DNA of 64,000 nt from Cyanophora paradoxa CCMP329 (lineage: Eukaryota; Plantae; Glaucophyta), in contig QPMI01000602.1 of the NCBI GenBank assembly GCA_004431415.1, positions 205,804 through 269,803 of the forward strand. The letters run 5' to 3'. The position numbers and the translations under genes are program-made. Below the pieces are notes generated by a model, which saw only the letters and a program-made list of their open reading frames with translations, made no database searches and was not told the DNA's origin. Shown here in pieces: positions 57,661 through 64,000 of this stretch (positions within the stretch are counted from its first letter, which is position 1; each line of letters starts with the position of its first letter).

Positions 57661-59889
57661 GGTTCGCCCGGGCTGCCGCCCGACTGCACCAGGACGCGCT
57701 GATAAGGGTTAGGATCTCTCAGTTGCATGTTCACGCATCGGCCGACGGTCGGCCTTGCGTCCGGTGACTCGCTGGAGTGGTGAAAGACCACAGCCAGCGG
57801 ACGGTCTTGAGCCACGTGGCGGAGCACCGCAGGAATCGTTTCGCCTGACTAAGTAGCTTGCTTCTAGTACTGTCGACAAGCTACAGACCTCCCGGATTGG
57901 CCGGGTCGGTCGGCTCGGGTGCACGGATTTGAAGTGCCGCGCTTCGGAATTGCTACGGCTGATGTGCAGAACGGTTCTAGCGAAGCTATGGGCCTGGGCA
58001 AGCTCAAGCGGCCGTGCGCCGTGGGTCGCTCGTGGTCGGTGTGAGAAGGGTCGGAGTAATAGGAGAAGGAGTACAAAGATGTTGCAAACTGAACTTTTTT
58101 TGCGGCTTCGAACCCTGGGATACGCCGGCGGGCCACTAGTACTGGGGATCGTCGGGGCTTCAACGCTGAATCCACTGCGTGGCTTCGACGGGATCTTCAG
58201 GTGCGCGGCGGCCGCGCTCGCGGATGCACACCTTTCAAACTCTTGTTGACAGCAGCAAGGCGAGGATATCATCATGTCATATTCCGCAAGCTTGAAGGCG
58301 ACGAGATCATCATGAAGAGTTGCGGCGCGCAGAAGGGGTGGCGCGCACCCGTTGCCGCGCGCGAGCGTCTCCCCCGGTTCGAGGTGCGTCCCCTCATCCA
58401 CCTGCCACGCCTTGAATGTCGGTTCTTCTGAAAGATCTGACGCCAAAGATCTCATGGTTCGGGGAGGGCAGGCGCTGATGGGCTGCTCGGCCTTCCTCGG
58501 CCTTCCTCGAGGACGGGTTGATCGAGATTTGAAGACGGGCCCTCGGAGTGCGTGTTGATGAAGCAAGCAGATCCTCACTACGTCACACTACGGTCTTCCA
58601 CTTCTTTCACTTCTTCTGGATACGGAGGCCCCTTTTCAGACCCCTTTCCAGAGGCGATTGTTAAATGTCAATGGTGCAAAGAGCTCAGCAAGCTTCAGCT
58701 CTACGTAAGCATCTCGAGCTCAGCTCAAGGTCAGCAATGGCTGAAGCTCATGATCATGTTGGAGAAAAATCGACATCAGTGGTGCGAAATTTCTGTAGTA
58801 TAAGCTCGACCTTGAATTTGAGTATACGTACAAGAGTTTAACGAAAGGGACTTCCAGGTACTGCAACCGCTGCCGTCGTTGGGAGTTCGAGTTGTACATA
58901 CTCAACAAAAAACACGAGCTCTACAGCTCCGTCCTCTTCAATTGCTTTGGTGATTCGTTCGTTGACGAAATTCCGTCGACGTACGCGTCGCGCGGGCGTC
59001 CCTTGCAGCGGTTCAGCAAAACGATGTGCACCGGCATTGCCTCTTCTTGGATTGATTTCTTCAATCGGTGCGTCCTTTTGAATATCCGCGGCGGCAGGCG
59101 AGGGCACCTTGTCCTTCTTGCCCGCTGCAGGTCGCCGAGGGCCCTACGTCCAAGTCACCGAGGGGGGTGAGGGCGCGAGGCTCGTTCGGGAGGCCTTAGA
59201 GGCGAACCTGGCCGGCCGGGTGCGTTCATCCGTATCTACTTATCAATATCAAGCTGAAAAGTCGATTAACTGCGCAGCCCCGTTCGTGCAGGACGGGAGC
59301 CTGGCGCTGTCGGCGCACTTCAGAAACGATCGTCGACGTCGGCGCAGTTATTCGAAGAGGTCATGGTCTGCAACTCGCCTTGACTTGCTGCCGTTTCCGG
59401 GAGCTCGCGTTCACTTCCTCGACGACACGATCATCGACGTGAAAATCGGCATGGTCGATTCCGGCATGCATGTGAGGACGAAGGACGGCGGAGGCCAACG
59501 GCTACTCGTGCCAAGCGGCCTCGAGGCTGGTGCAGGACTCCGAAAAGCTAAAGGAGGTCTTTATCGAGCTGCACGGCCCTCCACATGACATTGTGCGACC
59601 TCGAGCTCTTCGCCGTTTTACTCGATGTCGCGATCTAGATGTCGCGATCGTTCCGGAGAGCGATCTAGATGTCGCAATCGTTCCGGATCCGGCGTCAGCA
59701 TAATCAGGGCGACCAATTAGAGCGGCGGCGGCGACGGCGCGGCTGCAGGGCGACGGCGGCGGCGTAGTTTCCCTATGGTAGATAGAGGTAAATGTAGCTT
59801 GTGTTTCTGGTAGTTCGGGTGTAGAAATTGCAAAGTGCTGTTTTTCACCACCGGAGCCAATAGACCTCTGCCACGCTTGATATTTATAT

Positions 59890-60688
59890 TTGTCGAAAGC
59901 ACCCTAAAGCGGGGCAGAGGCTCGTCTGGCCTTCCATTCTCGAAGGCGAGGTCCGATGCCCCACTGGGCCAGGCCACCCAGTGACCGTCATTTCCGGGGA
60001 AGAGTGCCGGGCGAACATTTATCTTTCTTTTTCTGTTATTCAAGATGCTAATCATGTTCGAAAGCACCCTAGAGCGGAGCAGAGGCTCGTCTGGCCTCCC
60101 ATTCTCGAGGACGAGGTCCGATGCCCCACCCAGTGACCGAGCCATCATTTCCGGGGAGGAGTGCCGGGCGAACATTTATCTTTCTTTTTCTGTTAGTCAA
60201 GATGCTAATCATGTTCGAAAGCACCCTAGAGCGGAGCAGAGGCTCGTCTGGCCTTCCATTCTCGAGGACGAGGTCCGATGCCCCACCCAGTGACCGAGCC
60301 ATCATTTCCGGGGAGGAGTGCCGGGCGAACATTTATCTTTCTTTTTCTGTTAGTCCAGATGCTAATCATGTTCGAAAGCACCCTAGAGCGGAGCAGAGGC
60401 TCGTCTGGCCTTCCATTCTCGAGGACGAGGTCCGATGCCCCACCCAGTGACCGAGCCATCATTTCCGGGGAGGAGTGCCGGGCGAACATTTATCTTTCTT
60501 TTTCTGTTAGTCCAGATGCTAATCATGTTCGAAAGCACCCTAGAGCGGAGCAGAGGCTCGTCTGGCCTTCCATTCTCGAGGACGAGGTCCGATGCCCGAC
60601 CCAGTGACCGAGCCATCATTTCCGGGGAGGAGTGCCGGGCGAACATTTATCTTTCTTTTTCTGTTAGTCAAGATGCAAGTCATGTTTG
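59890..60688. repeat. 157-bp tandem satellite, ~5 units
   Basis: GAAAGCACCCT recurs at 59895, 60060, 60217, 60374, 60531. Confidence 0.95.
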
Positions 60689-60864
60689 ATGTTTATTTTG
60701 TTCGTAATCAACCTTGAATGACTACGTGATACAGCCTCCCGATGTTGCGTGATTGTTCAGCACCCTTCGTCATCACTGCGTTTTGTGAATCAAAAAGAAT
60801 GAAAATGAAATGATGAATGGTCTCGCCCTGAGATGTTGAAAATGTCCGCAAACGAGAGACCTTT

Positions 60865-61945
60865 TCAAATAAAAAGAAATGCATGAAAACCCACATTGAT
60901 GCCAAAACGTAAGCAAGACGGACCGGACGGCGCGGTACCAGGATCGTTTTCAACGAACACCTTTTTATACTCCTCCGCCATCGTGTCCATGAACTTGCGC
61001 TCATCATCATCACCTTCCAAATCTTCGCAATGTTTCCAGTCGGAGACAGCACGCTCCGGCCTGAAGTCGACCTCTCGTGCGACAGACTCCATGAAAAACA
61101 AGACCCAAGGACCACAGTGGCTAGCGGCATCGGATCCGTGCTTGTCTTGAAGGACATTGTTTCGAATCTCGATCTTGTCTGTTTCGTCGACGATTGTAAA
61201 ATCACGGAAAGCATCCACAAGCAACGTCTCCAATGCGTTTTCAATCGGGTCTTGCAGCGAGTCAAACCAGCGAATCCGCCTTGAACGGAAGTCGAAGACG
61301 AGAAGACACCAGTGTTGCCAGGCTGTGGATGCGTACAAGCCTTTCCAGACTACAATCGGCAAGAAACATAGCTTCCACTTTCCACCGATGTTGTCAATGA
61401 CACTGCGGCTGATTGCAGGGTCTCGATTTGCGAGCGCTTCCATTATCGAAAGCGCATCATCGATAGAGAGCGCCCATAGAAGAGCGACGTCCCCGTGCGC
61501 AATCAAATCCTTCAAAAGATGGGCTGCAGCGAAGTCCAAATGGCAGTCCTAACCAAGACGAAAGTTCAATGCAGCCAAAAAGAAGCATTGCCGCAAATAT
61601 TTTGCTGCCCGCACCGTATAACAAGAATTGGAACCTTCCGGGAGTCCGTCGTGCGGAAACTCATCCACAAAGCGTTTGGAGTATATGGTGCCAAATGGAG
61701 CCCGATCTCGCTGGCGGTTTGGAGTATATTGAACCAACTGGAGCCCGAAAGGACAACGATTGGCAGGTCCCCGCGCTCCAGTCTGCTCATCTAGGCAACG
61801 AATACACAACCTGCGCGCGGATCGCAGTCACAAAGAGCTGCGTACGCGGTCAACCTGGCGGCGAACCCTTCGTCACATCTCTCGCATTTCAGCACCGCAG
61901 CGTTCGAATTCGTGACGCCGCAGACGGAGCAAGACACCTCTGGAG
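60865..61945 (-). pseudogene. Zinc-finger (B-box-like) plus Ulp1/SENP-like C48 cysteine protease, with in-frame stop
   Basis: CSVC....VLKCERC..GLCIRC across a short intron; HWCLLVFD..WFDSL...LQ..HCGPWV catalytic H-D-Q-C; TAG 61549-61551 separates two same-frame ORFs. Confidence 0.7.
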
Positions 61946-62397
61946 TTCGCTGCGCGTGCACGGGAGAAGCGCGTTAGGGAGAAGAGCACGGGAGAAGCGC
62001 GTTAGGGAGTTGTGCAGACCGCGCAATCTCGGAATGTGTGCTGTTGTGCATGCTGCATCTGTTGATAAGGACGACCCGTACGCGTTGAAGTCGACAGTGA
62101 TTAGGGGGGTACACACTGAAACCGATTTGAAAGCCGGCAGCGACGGTAGAAACCGTAGAAAGCCGGCAGCGCGTAGGATCGTGTAGAGTAACTAAGACTT
62201 ACTTCCAATGCAGCTCCGCGATCGGGCGAAGCGAAAGTGAGCGTGCTGCTGCCTCTAGATCTGTTCCTCTATCTCTTGTGCCAAAAACGCTGAACAACGC
62301 TCACGTGCACGCTCGGGGGGCGCGGAAACTCGGGGGGTGGGGGGGGGGCGGGGGGGGTCAGACTAGTCCCAGCCTCGCTTTAGAGTGCTTTTGACAT

Positions 62398-64000
62398 TTA
62401 CAATATATATATATAGCTGTTCATCAAGGTAGAAAGCACCATTAACCGGGGCAGGGGCTCGGCTTGCCTCAATGCCCCACCCAGCGACCGAGCCATCATT
62501 TCTGAGAAGAGTGCGGGGCGAACGTTTTTCTTCCATTTTCGATTAGTCGTACATCAATGTAGAAAGCACCCTAAACCGGGGCAGGGGCTCGGCTGGCCTT
62601 CCATTTTCGCGGACGAAGTTGACACTTTCGAGTTGAAATTCGGAAGAAACTGATGGCTGGCTGGCAGAGCTTGACCTCCTTGCGCAAGTCCCCGTCAAGG
62701 GCGGCCCATCGCTCGGAGATGATAAGGGCAATAGCTTTGTGTGTCTGCCGAGTGAGCTTTCCCTCGCCGATGTAGAAGCCAACGCAGTCTTACAATATAT
62801 ATATAGCTGTTCATCAAGGTAGAAAGCACCATTAACCGGGGCAGGGGCTCGGCTTGCCTCAATGCCCCCCCCAGCGACCGAGCCATCATTTCTGAGAAGA
62901 GTGCGGGCGAACGTTTTTCTTCCATTTTCGATTAGTCGTACATCAATGTAGAAAGCACCCTAAACCGGGGCAGGGGCTCGGCTGGCCTTCCATTTTCGCG
63001 GACGAAGTTGACACTTTCGAGTTGAAATTCGGAAGAAACTGATGGCTGGCTGGCAGAGCTTGACCTCCTTGCGCAAGTCCCCGTCAAGGGCGGCCCATCG
63101 CTCGGAGATGATAAGGGCAATAGCTTTGTGTGTCTGCCGAGTGAGCTTTCCCTCGCCGATGTAGAAGCCAACGCAGTTTTACAATATATATATAGCTGTT
63201 CATCAAGGTAGAAAGCACCATTAACCGGGGCAGGGGCTCGGCTTGCCTCAATGCCCCCCCCAGCGACCGAGCCATCATTTCTGAGAAGAGTGCGGGGCGA
63301 ACGTTTTTCTTCCATTTTCGATTAGTCGTACATCAATGTAGAAAGCACCCTAAACCGGGGCAGGGGCTCGGCTGGCCTTCCATTTTCGCGGACGAAGTTG
63401 ACACTTTCGAGTTGAAATTCGGAAGAAACTGATGGCTGGCTGGCAGAGCTTGACCTCCTTGCGCAAGTCCCCGTCAAGGGCGGCCCATCGCTCGGAGATG
63501 ATAAGGGCAATAGCTTTGTGTGTCTGCCGAGTGAGCTTTCCCTCGCCGATGTAGAAGCCAACGCAGTCTTACAATATATATATAGCTGTTCATCAAGGTA
63601 GAAAGCACCATTAACCGGGGCAGGGGCTCGCTTGCCTCAATGCTCCACCCAGCGACCGAGCCATCATTTCCGAGAAGAGTGCGGGGCGCTCGTTTATCGT
63701 CCTTTTTCTAAAAGTCGTGATGGCTATCATATTCGCGGAGCAGAGGCTTGGTTGCCCTTCCATTTTCTAGGAAGACGGCCGATGCCCCCCCCAGCGACCG
63801 AGCCATCATTTCTGAGAAGAGTGCGGGGCGAACGTTTTTCTTCCATTTTCTATTAGTCGTACATCAATGTAGAAAGCACCCTAAACCGGGGCAGGGGCTC
63901 GGCTGGCCTTCCATTTTCGCGGACGAAGTTGACGCTTTCGAGTTGAAATTCGGAAGAAACTGATGGCTGGCTGGCAGAGCTTGACCTCCTTGCGCAAGTC
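62398..64000. repeat. ~390-bp tandem satellite, >=4 units, runs off window
   Basis: TTACAATATATA recurs at 62398, 62790, 63179, 63569; near-identical units. Confidence 0.95.

Noticed and set aside
60865-61539. Maturation protease of the Polinton-like virus
   Set aside because: Composition, intron and Ulp1-type motif spacing differ from the AT-rich viral genes; no viral neighbours. The viral protease, if any, is probably in the missing right arm.
59890-64000. CRISPR array or repeated small ORFs
   Set aside because: Units are fully repeated with no unique spacers and no cas genes; the repeated 79-109 aa ORFs are by-products of the satellite.

Overview
Eukaryotic (protist) nuclear DNA in four blocks. 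(1) 1-20.3 kb is a gene-dense, GC-rich host region with short GT-AG introns. It holds an Sfi1-like centrin-binding protein, two identical tRNA-Thr(CGT) genes, a GST, an ACBP protein, THOC3, PCNA, CRIPT, an ARM-repeat/TKL kinase and a bestrophin. (2) ~20.86-38.29 kb is an AT-rich, intronless endogenous Polinton-like virus/virophage-like element. It encodes an rve integrase, a protein-primed PolB with an apparently dismantled proofreading domain, a PrimPol-SF3 primase-helicase, a packaging ATPase, a double-jelly-roll MCP, two divergent pentons and a patatin-discoidin lipase. It also carries a conserved giant-virus-like promoter motif and two copies of an inverted iteron cassette. (3) 38.295-~57.58 kb is a giant GC-rich Ty3/gypsy-type retroelement inserted into the viral lipase gene. 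It has ~11 kb (~3,700 codons) of extra coding sequence between the Gag zinc knuckles and the protease, and probably encodes one ~6,000-aa polyprotein broken by single-base deletions. (4) ~57.6-64 kb contains degenerate DNA-transposon-like sequence with a zinc-finger/Ulp1 protease pseudogene, plus related 157-bp and ~390-bp satellite arrays. All calls come from motif recognition by eye; no searches were run. Host identity is not established (intron style is reminiscent of glaucophytes, unverified).
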